Position numbers and translations under genes: made by a program. A stretch of DNA of 64,000 bases. It comes from Candidatus Heimdallarchaeum aukensis. Its GTDB lineage: Archaea > Asgardarchaeota > Heimdallarchaeia > Heimdallarchaeales > Heimdallarchaeaceae. The notes under the pieces were generated by a model. The model ran no database searches. It saw nothing but the letters and a program-made list of their open reading frames with translations, and was not told the DNA's origin. The stretch covers positions 3,008,001-3,072,000 of the forward strand of contig CP084166.1 of the NCBI GenBank assembly GCA_021513695.1, read 5' to 3'. Positions 49,895 through 61,029 of the stretch are shown one piece after another. Position 1 is the stretch's first letter; the number at the start of each line of letters is the position of its first letter.

Positions 49895-52800
49895 ATGATG
49901 GATTACATTAATAGCTTACTAACAAAAACATTTAGGCGCAGAATAGGAAAAAATGTAGGAACAATGATAGGTATTGCTCTTTCTGTGAGTTTAATGCTAG
50001 GAGTACAAATAACAATTACAAGTTTTTCAACAAAAGCTTTGGGCTTTTTTACTGAAGCTATTGGTGAAAATGATATCATTATTCAAAATTTTGGCTTTCC
50101 AATTGAAAATTACCAAGAGATAATAGAAAAAATAGATAATTCTTCGATTCCGTATGCCGCTATTAATTGGCGTGTTTCTCAAGATGTTGCTGTTTATAAC
50201 CTTGAGAAAGGATATCTGGAAAAAGGGGTAAGCTTTATAGGAGTCGAGCTGGATGAAGATCAAACTTTTGGTAGATTTTATCATCCTGATAGTGAAACAG
50301 AATATAGTAAAGAAGAATTAGAACAGATTTTTGCAGATAACACCAGTGTTCTAGTTGGAAAGTATTTATTTGATGATATGGAATTAAAAGTTAATCAAAC
50401 TATTAAGATTAGAATTGGAGAGTTACAAGGATTACAATTTAATTATAAAACATATGACCTAAAAATTGCTGGATTTATTGCAGACAAAGAAAAAGGAAAA
50501 GAGAGTGGGGGAAGGGTTTTATGGACCTCTATAGACAATATTCGTTCAATTATTGGTGTAAGTAACAATTCAGTTACAGAGATAAACATCTCTTTGAGTC
50601 CCAATCATGATGAACAACCCGTATCAAACGATTATGCTTATGAAGTTGAAGAACAGTTAAAAGAAATACTAGATGTAGAAAACACAGGATTACTTGTTAT
50701 TGCTTTTAGAGCTTTAGTATTAGACACAGCAGATAAAATAATTAAAGATGTGCTTATAGCTTTTAACTTGTTTGGTGCTTTAATTATCTTTTCTGGAGTA
50801 CTATTACTAGTAAATATCCAGTTAATTCAAGTAGAGGATAGAATGCAACAATTAGGAGTCTTAAGAGCTATAGGTTCAAAGAGAAAAGAAATTATTCGAA
50901 TGTTTCTCATGGAGTCAGCTATTTTAGGTTTTATAGGTTCACTCCTTGGTTTAGGCGGAGGATATGCGATGTCTATATTTCTAGTCTGGAGAATAGGAAT
51001 AACTTTCTTTAACACTACCGTCTTTCTCACTCCAATTGTAACAGGTTCTGCTGTGTTATACTCGTTTATTGTAGGTTTCACATTAGCTATCGGAGCAGGA
51101 TTGTTACCAGCAATAAGGGCAAGTAGAGTTGATCCTATAGAAGTGATTAGAGGAATTAAAAAAGTGAAAGAAAGGAGAATGGGAACTGGTATTTTAGTTC
51201 TCGGAATCTCTCTGATTGTTATCGGAATAACCACTTTTGCTACTCAACTAGCTGTTGGCGATAGTTTCTTTTCTAATCAAGGGTGGAATACTGCAAATGA
51301 GCAATGGACTTTTATGGGTGCTGTAGGAGGAATATTATTAGGTTTAAGTGTTCTAACAGCTTATCTTGTTTCGAGGAAAGTAATGGGGAATGCCATAGGT
51401 TTTTCTCTTATCACAATTGCCATCTCAATGTTACTATTCGCTCTCCCTCAACTAAAAGATGTGACTGACAATAATAAAATACTCATAACTTGTGTAGTGA
51501 TATTAGCTTTAGGAACAATTATCTTGGTTGGAGTAAATCTCAAATTTGTTACAAACTTGGTAAGAACGATTTTATATAAGACTAAAATAAAGAAAGGAGT
51601 ATCACTAATTTCAGCTAAATACATGACCTCAAAAACAATGAGAAGTACATTGACTTTTGGAATATTTACATTAGTGCTTACAATGAACATTTTTGCTTCA
51701 ATATACCAAGCAACTTTTTCGTATAACACCTTAGAATCAGTAGAATTTCTAAGTGGAGGAGCTTCAATATATGTTGAGTTAGATACTCCTATACAGAATG
51801 ATTCGTTAGTAGATGTAGAACGAGATTTACCTAAAATAGATCCCTCAATAGAATATGTAAAAGGAATAAACACGACAATTTCGCTCTTACAAGCAGATCC
51901 TTCTGCAAAATTGTCTATTCCCTCTGAAATATTTGCAGCTCAGATACAATTGATATATAATGATACATTCAAAAATGGTTCAGAATATGTCTTTGACTTT
52001 ATGATCGAACAAAGTATAGGAAAGTTAAACGAAGAATATAAACCTGCAGCTTCAGAAGAATATCAACGTAGATACAGTCACAAGATTTGGGACCTATTCT
52101 ACAATAGAACGAGATTTAATAAAGATGGAGAAAAAGATCCTAATGGATTACCCACCGTTATTTCTACAAATCCTATTCTTAAACCTGGAGATGTTTTTAA
52201 TATAACTGGTCTTTTCAAACCCCCAATTGAAGTTATTGTATTGGCAAATGTAAGGCAGTATCCTTTTTCTATAAGTTCAGGTTTTCCGATTCTGTTTGTT
52301 ACTCCTGACCTTTTACCATTCTTGAGTTATAATTTCGCTATATTTCCCAAATACACTAATTTTCTAGTGAAGACAAGTGAAGACTTTAGAAATGGTAGAA
52401 ATTCGGAGATAGCAAATAAAATTGAAACATTCTTTAATGGAAATGAATCCATATTAATAAAAAATAACGATTTTGTTGCTGCTTCAGCATATAATGTCTG
52501 GGAAGAAATGCTGGAACAAGTTGATTTTCAAGTTAGAACATTTGATTTTATGCAGATATTTGTAAGCTTTGGTTTAGTTGTCGGCGCGATAGGGATGATA
52601 ATTATTGCCATTCGTAACGTTTCGGAACGTAAAAGAGAAATAGGAATGATGAGAGCAATAGGTTATAAGAAATCACAAATAATTCTTTCAATTTCTCTAG
52701 AACTCTTTATTTTAGCAGGATTAGGGTTGTTTATGGGTTTAATCAACAGTATTGTTCTAGGAGCTACTTTTGCGCGGTTATATGATTGGTATCTCATAAT

Positions 52801-52924
52801 CCCAATAGGAAGAGTGTTGCTTTATACAGGTGTGATGATAGGGATTGCTTTTCTCGCTTCAATTATTCCAGGTATAAGATCTAGCAGGATTACTCCTGCT
52901 GAAGCTTTAAGGTATGTGGGGTGA
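49895..52924 (+). CDS. Large MacB/FtsX-type ABC transporter permease (1009 aa, two FtsX modules, each with an extracytoplasmic domain)
   Basis: Two repeats of the 4-TM FtsX domain with large intervening soluble domains; MacB/FtsX architecture. Confidence 0.8.
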   Translation: MMDYINSLLTKTFRRRIGKNVGTMIGIALSVSLMLGVQITITSFSTKALGFFTEAIGENDIIIQNFGFPIENYQEIIEKIDNSSIPYAAINWRVSQDVAVYNLEKGYLEKGVSFIGVELDEDQTFGRFYHPDSETEYSKEELEQIFADNTSVLVGKYLFDDMELKVNQTIKIRIGELQGLQFNYKTYDLKIAGFIADKEKGKESGGRVLWTSIDNIRSIIGVSNNSVTEINISLSPNHDEQPVSNDYAYEVEEQLKEILDVENTGLLVIAFRALVLDTADKIIKDVLIAFNLFGALIIFSGVLLLVNIQLIQVEDRMQQLGVLRAIGSKRKEIIRMFLMESAILGFIGSLLGLGGGYAMSIFLVWRIGITFFNTTVFLTPIVTGSAVLYSFIVGFTLAIGAGLLPAIRASRVDPIEVIRGIKKVKERRMGTGILVLGISLIVIGITTFATQLAVGDSFFSNQGWNTANEQWTFMGAVGGILLGLSVLTAYLVSRKVMGNAIGFSLITIAISMLLFALPQLKDVTDNNKILITCVVILALGTIILVGVNLKFVTNLVRTILYKTKIKKGVSLISAKYMTSKTMRSTLTFGIFTLVLTMNIFASIYQATFSYNTLESVEFLSGGASIYVELDTPIQNDSLVDVERDLPKIDPSIEYVKGINTTISLLQADPSAKLSIPSEIFAAQIQLIYNDTFKNGSEYVFDFMIEQSIGKLNEEYKPAASEEYQRRYSHKIWDLFYNRTRFNKDGEKDPNGLPTVISTNPILKPGDVFNITGLFKPPIEVIVLANVRQYPFSISSGFPILFVTPDLLPFLSYNFAIFPKYTNFLVKTSEDFRNGRNSEIANKIETFFNGNESILIKNNDFVAASAYNVWEEMLEQVDFQVRTFDFMQIFVSFGLVVGAIGMIIIAIRNVSERKREIGMMRAIGYKKSQIILSISLELFILAGLGLFMGLINSIVLGATFARLYDWYLIIPIGRVLLYTGVMIGIAFLASIIPGIRSSRITPAEALRYVG

Positions 52925-52929
52925 TATGA

Positions 52930-53631
52930 ATGAGTGATGAAATAATATTAAAAACTGAAAATCTGGGCAAAATTTATGCTGGAGGGACACCAATGGAAGT
53001 TCATGCTCTTCGAGGAATCAATCTAGAGATAAAGCGAGGAGAAATGGTAGCTATTATGGGTCCTTCAGGATGTGGAAAAACTACTCTGTTAAACCTTATT
53101 GGAGGAATAGATAAACCCACATACGGAAAAATTATAATTGAAGGAAAAGATATTTCGACACTTACAGATGAAGAAATGACAGAATTTAGGCTATTTAATA
53201 TAGGTTATATCTTTCAGCTGTTTAATCTTTTCGATTTCTTAACAGCTTTAGAAAATACAGTTTTACCTTTATTGTTAACTAATACTAGTAGGTTTGAAGC
53301 TGAAGAAGAAGCAAAAATGATGTTAAGACAAATGGGTTTAGGGGATAAACTTAATCATCTTCCCTCTGAACTTAGTGGAGGAGAGCAACAGAGAGTTGCA
53401 GTATCAAGAGCACTACTCATGAATCCTGCAATTATTCTAGGAGATGAACCTACTGGAGATCTCGATGAAATGACTTCAAAAGACATCATGGACCTCTTTA
53501 GAAGCATAAATGAAAATTTCAAACAGACTTTCATAGTGGTTACACATAGTAAATACATTGCTGAATTCTGTGATAGAACTATTCGTATAATAGACGGTCA
53601 GATCGTAGATGACGGGTATGGTGGAAAATAA
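52930..53631 (+). CDS. ABC transporter ATP-binding protein (MacB/LolD-like)
   Basis: Walker A GPSGCGKTT, signature LSGGEQQR, Walker B ILGDEPTGDLD. Confidence 0.9.
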   Translation: MSDEIILKTENLGKIYAGGTPMEVHALRGINLEIKRGEMVAIMGPSGCGKTTLLNLIGGIDKPTYGKIIIEGKDISTLTDEEMTEFRLFNIGYIFQLFNLFDFLTALENTVLPLLLTNTSRFEAEEEAKMMLRQMGLGDKLNHLPSELSGGEQQRVAVSRALLMNPAIILGDEPTGDLDEMTSKDIMDLFRSINENFKQTFIVVTHSKYIAEFCDRTIRIIDGQIVDDGYGGK

Positions 53632-55505
53632 TGAGTAAAGCAATAAACAAGCAAACTAATTCGATCTATGATGAAGAAGCCATATTCTCAGCAGGATTAT
53701 TAATAAATAAACTCGATAGAGACTCACTTAAGGATTTAACAAGATCTTTGAGAAGATTCATAGTTAGGAAATGTAAAGCAAAAGCATTTGAAATTAAAGA
53801 AGTTAATACATTCTTATTTGTTAATGCTTCTTTTCCTCCAAACTTAATTAGTGATACTGAAAGCCGTATTAAAATAGAAAATGGTGTCAAGAATATAATT
53901 ATTGATTATGCTTTAAAAGAAAATAACAAATTTTCCAAGCAAATTGCAAAAAATATTGAAATAAAAGACATTACACAAATTTTACTAGATCTGATAAATA
54001 ATTCTAATTCACCAAAAAAGAAACAACTGATTGAAACAGTAATAAGAAGAGGAAAAGAGATTCAACAACGTTCTATTGTTCATGTAACAAATGTCATTCT
54101 TAATTCATTCATTTTGTCATGGGATAAAGAAGATTATAGAATTATTTTCCCGGATGAACGTGTAGAAAGAAAAGAAAAAAGTGCAGATGCTTTTGGCACA
54201 TTTCAAAGTTTATTAGAAAATCTTTCAGTAATACAATATGCTCATATTTCAATGGAAAATCTCAGCTGGATAATTGGTTCATATGAATACGCTTTAGACA
54301 ATTTGTATGAGTTAATATCTAATCTTTCTAAAGAAATTAAGACTTCTCCTACAATCTCTAAATCTTTTTGGAGGGCTTTAAGAGTAATTTTTGGGTTGTT
54401 ATCAACAACTCAGCAAATCCTATCTGATTTGTTGAAGCAACTAAACAAATTTGTTGAGATAAAAGAAGAATTTAAGAAACAATGTAAACAGTTGGATTTT
54501 CACTCTCTTACTGACGTTTTGAAAAGATACAATATTGAAAATGAAACCGCTGATTTTATTGTTTGGATTAGTCAGTTACTTCAAAATACTAAGATGGCTT
54601 ATAGTCTACTTTTAGACTTGATTAATTGCTGTAAGACTTCAGATAGGCTGGAAATGGAAAATATAGAACTCATTATCTCAAATTTCGGATGGGTTCTTTC
54701 AGATATTCAAACAATGAAATTCTTTGCAGAAAAATTTAGAGACATAACTTTCTTTCAATCTTTTCCACCAGAAATAGTTGTAGAAACAAAGAAAGAAATG
54801 CGTTTGCCTGAAGATGTAGTAATTAAAGGAGTTAGTTTGTTCAAGACATATCGATTATTTGGTTCTACTGTCTATGCTTTAAGGGGAATAGATATAGAAG
54901 TGTGTAAAGGAGAAATGGTTGCTATTTTAGGTCCTTCTGGTAGCGGTAAAACCACTTTGTTAAATCTTTTAGCTGGGCTTGATTCACCTGATAATGGAGC
55001 AATTTTCTTTAAGGGCAAAAATATTCATTTATTGCCTGATTCTGTTTTCTCCATGTACAGAAGGAAAGATATGGGTTTTATCTTTCAGTACTATAATCTT
55101 ATTCCACAGTTAACAGTATTGGAAAATGTAATGTTGCCTGGATTGATGGTAGGAAGACCAGTGAAAGAGGTTAGACAAAAGGCCATTGAATTACTTGAAA
55201 TAGTAGGTATTGAGCGTTTTAAAAACCAGTTTCCAATCAAATTATCAGGGGGACAAATGCAAAGAGTAACTATAGCAAGATCAATGATAAATGATCCTGT
55301 GCTTCTTTTTGCAGATGAGCCTACAGGAGATTTAGATAACGCTACAGGAAAAATAGTAGTTGATCTTATTCATCGTTTTTCTAAAGAAAAAGGGACAGCT
55401 GTGATCTTTGTTACTCATGATGAAGAAATGGCAAGAAAATGTGATAGAATAATAAGAATTAGAGATGGAAGAATTCATTCGGAAGAAATAATTAAAAAGA
55501 ATTAA
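53631..55505 (+). CDS. ABC ATPase with a ~390-aa N-terminal alpha-helical domain of unknown function
   Basis: The C-terminal ~230 aa carry GPSGSGKTT, LSGGQMQR and LFADEPTGDLD. The N-terminal half matches no family. The start overlaps the upstream stop (taATGa). Confidence 0.8.
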   Translation: MSKAINKQTNSIYDEEAIFSAGLLINKLDRDSLKDLTRSLRRFIVRKCKAKAFEIKEVNTFLFVNASFPPNLISDTESRIKIENGVKNIIIDYALKENNKFSKQIAKNIEIKDITQILLDLINNSNSPKKKQLIETVIRRGKEIQQRSIVHVTNVILNSFILSWDKEDYRIIFPDERVERKEKSADAFGTFQSLLENLSVIQYAHISMENLSWIIGSYEYALDNLYELISNLSKEIKTSPTISKSFWRALRVIFGLLSTTQQILSDLLKQLNKFVEIKEEFKKQCKQLDFHSLTDVLKRYNIENETADFIVWISQLLQNTKMAYSLLLDLINCCKTSDRLEMENIELIISNFGWVLSDIQTMKFFAEKFRDITFFQSFPPEIVVETKKEMRLPEDVVIKGVSLFKTYRLFGSTVYALRGIDIEVCKGEMVAILGPSGSGKTTLLNLLAGLDSPDNGAIFFKGKNIHLLPDSVFSMYRRKDMGFIFQYYNLIPQLTVLENVMLPGLMVGRPVKEVRQKAIELLEIVGIERFKNQFPIKLSGGQMQRVTIARSMINDPVLLFADEPTGDLDNATGKIVVDLIHRFSKEKGTAVIFVTHDEEMARKCDRIIRIRDGRIHSEEIIKKN

Positions 55506-55519
55506 GTAACTACTATGTT

Positions 55520-55990
55520 ATGTCTGACACAGAACTAAAAACATACGTTAAAATAATAGAGCAGAGTTACGCTTCTTTTAGAGATTACCTAGAACATTTA
55601 CCAGAAGATGCTTTAGATTGGAAAATAAATGAATTTTCAGGTTCTCCACGTTGGATAATAAGCCATGTAATAAAAGATCAATATTTATTTACAGATTTTA
55701 TTGTAAAAGGAAAAACTTTCAGTTCTCAATTAGAAATAGAGGAAATAAAAGGAGATATAGACACTATTCTAAAAAAATTTGACAAAATGGTAAAAGAAAC
55801 AGTTGGATCTATCCAAACTCTAAGAAATGAAGATTTAGAAAGAATCAGAGAAATGAAAAATTATAAGATGACAGTAGAAGAATTGTTGTTTGAATTTATA
55901 TACCACATTAATCATCATAGTGGTCAATTAGCAATGATTTTAAGTTCATGGAAAAGATCTAGAAAAGCAAAATCTGATAAAAAAGACTAA
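55520..55990 (+). CDS. DinB/YfiT-like (DinB_2 superfamily) protein
   Basis: Four-helix-bundle-type His motif (HVIKD...HINHHSGQLAMIL). Confidence 0.5.
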   Translation: MSDTELKTYVKIIEQSYASFRDYLEHLPEDALDWKINEFSGSPRWIISHVIKDQYLFTDFIVKGKTFSSQLEIEEIKGDIDTILKKFDKMVKETVGSIQTLRNEDLERIREMKNYKMTVEELLFEFIYHINHHSGQLAMILSSWKRSRKAKSDKKD

Positions 55991-56047
55991 AAACAGTTTT
56001 CTGTTAACAAACTTTATCATTTTAATGTGTTTATCTAGAGTTATAGA

Positions 56048-57031
56048 ATGGATAACCATCAACTGATTAGGGATTGCATTAATAACATAAATGCATATGT
56101 TGTAATAGTTGGACTTGAAGGTAAAGTGATTTTTGCTAATGAGAGAACATTAAATCTTTTTTCTACAGATCAAGAATCAATTCGTGAAAAAAAGTTTTAC
56201 AATATGTTAAAGGATAGTGATACAAGTCAAAAAAATATTGAATTTTTTATTTCTTTTAAGAGACTTATTCAATTTCCTCAAAATAATACATTTTTAGAAA
56301 CAACTCATACAAAGAAACAAGGTTTTACAACAATATTATGGTCAGCTAAAAATGTTAATAATTATACTTACTTCACAGGATATGATGTTTCAATATTTAA
56401 AGCAATAGAGGAAGAACTGAGAACTAGCTTTGAAAAATACAAAATAATATTTAACAACACTCTAGATGCGATGTATCTAATTAAAATTACGGAAGAGTAC
56501 CCTGAAGGAATTTTTATTGATGTAAACAAGGCTGCCAGTGTGCAAACTGGTTATACTATTAGAGAACTTTTAGATTTTGATCCTAAGTTATTTTTCAAAG
56601 ATTTCTATAGTCAAATTTTTTCAATTAATACTATTGGACCATATACTTTTGTAAATAAGCTACAAAACAAAGAAGGAAAATCCTTTCCTATACGGGTTAT
56701 TACAAGAAAATTAAGGATTCAAGGGGAGTTTTTCATATTAGTTGTAGTTAAAGATATTACAAAGGAAAAGGAAGAAATAGACTTAATGCATGCTTTGATG
56801 AACAAACTGGAAGAGGAAATTTATCATTATTTAGTTTTAATTGATAAAATAAGAAATCCACTAACAGTTATTTCAGCTCTCGCTGATTTAGAAAATACAA
56901 AATATTCAGAAAAAATAATTAGTAAAGTAAATGACATAAATGATATTTTATTAGAAATAGATGATTCATTGATAAATACTGAAAAGTTAAGAAATAAGAT
57001 ACTAAAATATATTTCTAAATATCTTAAATAA
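56048..57031 (+). CDS. PAS-domain protein with two PAS-like segments and no obvious output domain
   Basis: PAS-like blocks (INAYVVIVGLEGKVIFANERTLNLF; IIFNNTLDAMYLIKI...). Confidence 0.45.
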   Translation: MDNHQLIRDCINNINAYVVIVGLEGKVIFANERTLNLFSTDQESIREKKFYNMLKDSDTSQKNIEFFISFKRLIQFPQNNTFLETTHTKKQGFTTILWSAKNVNNYTYFTGYDVSIFKAIEEELRTSFEKYKIIFNNTLDAMYLIKITEEYPEGIFIDVNKAASVQTGYTIRELLDFDPKLFFKDFYSQIFSINTIGPYTFVNKLQNKEGKSFPIRVITRKLRIQGEFFILVVVKDITKEKEEIDLMHALMNKLEEEIYHYLVLIDKIRNPLTVISALADLENTKYSEKIISKVNDINDILLEIDDSLINTEKLRNKILKYISKYLK

Positions 57032-57220
57032 AATTAACATCTTAAGGGAATAAAATCAATAAATTATATGGAAGTAATGTAATTAGCTAAATTTTGACCA
57101 TTTTTACAAATTTTTCCATTTTTACAATTCTTGTGATTTAAGCTTTGTTAGAATTATTTCTCTTTCTATTCTTTTTCTTATAAATTCTGCATTATCTGAC
57201 ATTTTTGCTTTTTAAAAACA

Positions 57221-58183
57221 TTAAATTTCTGTTATAAAATAGTTCTTTAAATCATTTACTGATTTGCATGCAATTAGTTCTCTTCTTATTTCTCTTCCTC
57301 CTGGCTCATTTTTGGTTAAATCTAAAGCAAATCTTTTTATTAGTTCTAAGTCGGTTGTTATTTCGTCGCAATCTTTGTACATCCTAATTGTATATTCTAT
57401 AAATTTATCTAACAATTCTACTTTTTCTTCCCAAGAAGCATTTTCTTTTCCCATAAAAATATAAGGTCTTCCTTTGGCCCATCTCCCTATTGCTACAGCA
57501 TAAGCTCCTCTTTTCATATACTCTTCTATGTCTTCAAAAGAGAAAACATCACCATTTGCAATTATTGGCAAATCTGTTTTGTTGGATATTTCATTTATAA
57601 CTTCTAGGTGTGCAGGAGTAGCAAAAGTTTCTGTTGCATATCTAGTATGAATAATAATCCAAGGATTACTGTATTCTTCAGCTATTTTGACTATTTCAGG
57701 TAAAACATTTCTATTCCATCCTATTCTAACTTTGAGAGTTATAGGTAAATTAGTTCCTTTTGAAAGACTGTTTACTAATTTTTCTACCAATTCAGGATGT
57801 CTTAGGAGTGCAGCTCCCATGTTTTGTTGACTAATTTTCTTTTTAGAACAGCCTAAATTAATGTTGATGAATTTGAATTTAGTTTTATCTTCGATTTCTG
57901 AACCAACTTCTTCAAATTCTTTTGGCTCATTACCAAAAATTTGTATTCCTACATTTTCTTCTTTTGAATCTGTATAAATCAATCTATATGTATTAAGGTT
58001 AAATTTCTTGCTGAAATGTGCAAGAAAAGACTTTATACTTACCATTTCTGTAATTGTTACACTTGCACCATATTCAGTAGCTAATACTCTGAAAGGATAT
58101 CGTGTATACTTAAAAAGAGGAGAAAGAATCAATGATCCTTTTTCAATCATTGACCAAACCATTCCTTTTTTATTTTCCGCCAC
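57221..58183 (-). CDS. tRNA-dihydrouridine synthase (Dus family)
   Basis: LSPLFKYTRYPFRVL...TEMV N-terminal motif; catalytic INLGCS; FMN-binding TIM barrel. Confidence 0.75.
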   Translation of the reverse strand: MAENKKGMVWSMIEKGSLILSPLFKYTRYPFRVLATEYGASVTITEMVSIKSFLAHFSKKFNLNTYRLIYTDSKEENVGIQIFGNEPKEFEEVGSEIEDKTKFKFININLGCSKKKISQQNMGAALLRHPELVEKLVNSLSKGTNLPITLKVRIGWNRNVLPEIVKIAEEYSNPWIIIHTRYATETFATPAHLEVINEISNKTDLPIIANGDVFSFEDIEEYMKRGAYAVAIGRWAKGRPYIFMGKENASWEEKVELLDKFIEYTIRMYKDCDEITTDLELIKRFALDLTKNEPGGREIRRELIACKSVNDLKNYFITEI

Positions 58184-59534
58184 TAACTTTGAGATTTTCG
58201 ATTAACATCCAAGGAGCTATTTGTCCTTTTCTGTTCTCTATTTCTTTTGAGAAATAAGTTATACTGTTCAGCAACTCAAAGATATTTCCGCCAATTACTG
58301 CATTTTTTACAGGGTGGACAATTTCTCCATCTTTCACATAAAATCCTTGATTTATTTGAGAAGAAATTGTTGGGCTATCTCCACTTGGATGAATACTTGA
58401 GCCTAGTAGGAAAATTCCCTCTTTCAACTCTTCGAGGAGAGAATCTTTACTTATCTCTCCTTCTTTTATTTGAAGGGCGTAAACTGAGGGAACAGGTCTT
58501 GAAGAAAATGTTCCTCTTGATGCATGACCTGTATTTTCTAATCCTACGAGTGGAGCGGTGTAAGAGTCTGTAACATATGTTTGAAGTATTCCATCTTTTA
58601 CTAGAACTGTTTTTTCTTGAGGAACTACTCCTTCGTCATCGAATCTAGTAGAGTTTGTTCCTCCTGGATAGAAGGGGTCATCGATAATAGTCAATTTTTC
58701 AGTGGCAATTTTGTCTCCTATTTTGTCTATGAAGAATGAGGTTTTATTAATAACATTGAAAGCATTTACTCCTTGAGCAATAATAGAACCTAACGTTCCG
58801 TAAGTGCTTTCAGGGTCTAAAAGTATGGGTAAGCTTTTTGTTTCTATTTTCTTTGCACCTAACATCTTTTTTGCTCTAATGCCTGCTTCTTTACCAATTT
58901 TTAGATAATCAAATTGCTTGAGAGTATTAGAGCTGTCATAATAATAAGCTACTCCTAAGTCATCTTCTTTCTCAATTTTTACTGAAAGATAACCTGAGAT
59001 GGATGTAGCTTTGCACCATCTTTCAATTCCTTGAGAGTTTAGAATCAATCTTTCTAATTTACCTAGTCCATAGTTTCCTCCAATAATAACATCTTTTTCT
59101 ATTTTTCCTTCTTCTACAGATTGAAGCATCAAATCTGTAAATTCTTCAACTGATAGGTTTTCTACTGCTTCATCGTATAAATCTTTAATATCTGGTATTG
59201 GTCTATCATCTGAAGGGAGAGATTGAAATTTAGGGTCAGGTTGACTGATTTTTGATAAAGAAAAAGCGTTTTTAACAGTTTTTTCGATGTTTTCTTTTGT
59301 GAATATAGTTGTTGAACTCATACCTACTGCTTTGTTCTTAAAAATCCTAACACCTATTCCAGAACCAGAAGTTTCAGAAAATCGAGAAATGGCTGATTTC
59401 TCTAGTTGTACTGTTCTACTAAATCCCTTTACTGCATATATTTCAATCTCTTCTGCTCCTAAACTAAGTCCATAATCGAGAGCATGTTTTGCTAGATCAA
59501 AAAATTCGTTATTCATCTTACTTTCCTCCAACAA
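58170..59534 (-). CDS. pmbA: TldE/PmbA-family protein, partner of TldD
   Basis: TldD/PmbA fold without an HExxxH motif. Adjacent to and overlapping tldD. Confidence 0.8.
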   Translation of the reverse strand: MLEESKMNNEFFDLAKHALDYGLSLGAEEIEIYAVKGFSRTVQLEKSAISRFSETSGSGIGVRIFKNKAVGMSSTTIFTKENIEKTVKNAFSLSKISQPDPKFQSLPSDDRPIPDIKDLYDEAVENLSVEEFTDLMLQSVEEGKIEKDVIIGGNYGLGKLERLILNSQGIERWCKATSISGYLSVKIEKEDDLGVAYYYDSSNTLKQFDYLKIGKEAGIRAKKMLGAKKIETKSLPILLDPESTYGTLGSIIAQGVNAFNVINKTSFFIDKIGDKIATEKLTIIDDPFYPGGTNSTRFDDEGVVPQEKTVLVKDGILQTYVTDSYTAPLVGLENTGHASRGTFSSRPVPSVYALQIKEGEISKDSLLEELKEGIFLLGSSIHPSGDSPTISSQINQGFYVKDGEIVHPVKNAVIGGNIFELLNSITYFSKEIENRKGQIAPWMLIENLKVSGGK

Positions 59535-61029
59535 CTAAATTAGAGACACCAATATTTGGTCCTCCTCCTGTAACAGGAACCCATTGTCCACCTTTTCCAC
59601 AAGTTCCAAGAAAAGCAGGTTTCCATTCTTTACTTATTCCATACGCATTATTCAAAACTTCTAAAGTCATTCCTGACATACCTACATTGCCAAAAAGTTC
59701 TCCTATCTCTCCATTTTCTATAATGTATCCATATTGACAAGTAAAGTAAAATTGTCCTTTAGTTGGATGAACATATCCACCATAAGAGTTCTTGAGGTAT
59801 ACTCCTTCTTTAGTCATTTCAGCTATTTCTTCTAAAGAAAGATCTCCAGAATCAACATAGGTATTTGCCATTCTCGGAATTGGTATAGAGTTGAAATCTT
59901 GAGCTCTTCCTGCTCCATTGGGTTTCATCTCCATCATTGTAGCAGTTTCTAATGTTTGGAAATATTCCTTCAAAATCCCTTTTTCTACAATTGTCCTTTT
60001 TTCAGATTTTGTTCCTTCTGAATCAAATACAAATGATCCTCTTAACCCTGGAATTGTAGGGTCATCATAAACACTTATTCCCTCAACACCTATTCTTTCG
60101 CCTATTTTACCTTCTAAAACAGAATTTTTGGCAAACACACCATCAGCTTCTGCTGCATGACCAAAAGCTTCGTGAATGAATACTCCTACTAGTGATTCAT
60201 CCATAATGACATTCATTTTACCACTTGGGGGGCTACGGGCGTCAAGCAATTTTTCTGCTTGTTCTGCACTTTTTCTCCCTTCTTCTTCGGGGTCCCAAGT
60301 CTCAAGTAGTTCCCATCCTCCTGTTCCTCCTATACTATCAAAAACACTTTGCATCTTTTCTCCTCTACGTGCTACAACGTCTTTCATTAGCCTTATAACA
60401 TGATACTCGTTTTCAACGTTGGTTCCTTTGTTATTAACAATATATTCTACCTTGTGCATCTCTTGATAGGTTGAAGAAGCTTGAGCTATGTTATCTGAGA
60501 ACTCTCTAGCCGATTTTTCTATAATCTTTATTTTTTCTAATTTCATCTCTTTATCAAGTTCTCGAGGGTCGATCTTAATTTCTGTTGCTCCTTTTCCCTC
60601 AAAAACCCATTCATCTGAAATTCTTCTTTCTTCCTTTGCATATTTAGAAGCTATCTTAGCCATACTAATGGCTTTTTTAACACTTTTCAGAATATCTTCA
60701 GTCTCTAATGATACAGTGGTAGTAAATCCCCAAGCGTTGTCAATTAGAGCTCGAACAGCAATTCCTCCAGAAGTACGATTTGAGATTGTATCGAATCTAC
60801 CATTTCGTACTGAAAAAGTCTCACTTTCACTTTGTGCATATCTGATATCTACAAAATCCTTACTTGAAAGTTCGACTTTATTTATGATTGCGTTTAATTT
60901 ATCTAACATAATCATAGTCCGAGAAAAAAAAAGAATTAAAAATGTATTCATATCTCTATTTTTAAATTGTTTAAATTCAATTGCGTCTAGAACGGTTTTT
61001 TTGAAAGAAAAACTTCTTAGACTATCCAA
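59518..61029 (-). CDS. tldD: TldD-family zinc metalloprotease
   Basis: HEAFGHAAEAD (HExxxH) motif and a Gly-rich C-terminus (GGGPNIGV). Confidence 0.85.
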   Translation of the reverse strand: MDSLRSFSFKKTVLDAIEFKQFKNRDMNTFLILFFSRTMIMLDKLNAIINKVELSSKDFVDIRYAQSESETFSVRNGRFDTISNRTSGGIAVRALIDNAWGFTTTVSLETEDILKSVKKAISMAKIASKYAKEERRISDEWVFEGKGATEIKIDPRELDKEMKLEKIKIIEKSAREFSDNIAQASSTYQEMHKVEYIVNNKGTNVENEYHVIRLMKDVVARRGEKMQSVFDSIGGTGGWELLETWDPEEEGRKSAEQAEKLLDARSPPSGKMNVIMDESLVGVFIHEAFGHAAEADGVFAKNSVLEGKIGERIGVEGISVYDDPTIPGLRGSFVFDSEGTKSEKRTIVEKGILKEYFQTLETATMMEMKPNGAGRAQDFNSIPIPRMANTYVDSGDLSLEEIAEMTKEGVYLKNSYGGYVHPTKGQFYFTCQYGYIIENGEIGELFGNVGMSGMTLEVLNNAYGISKEWKPAFLGTCGKGGQWVPVTGGGPNIGVSNLVVGGK

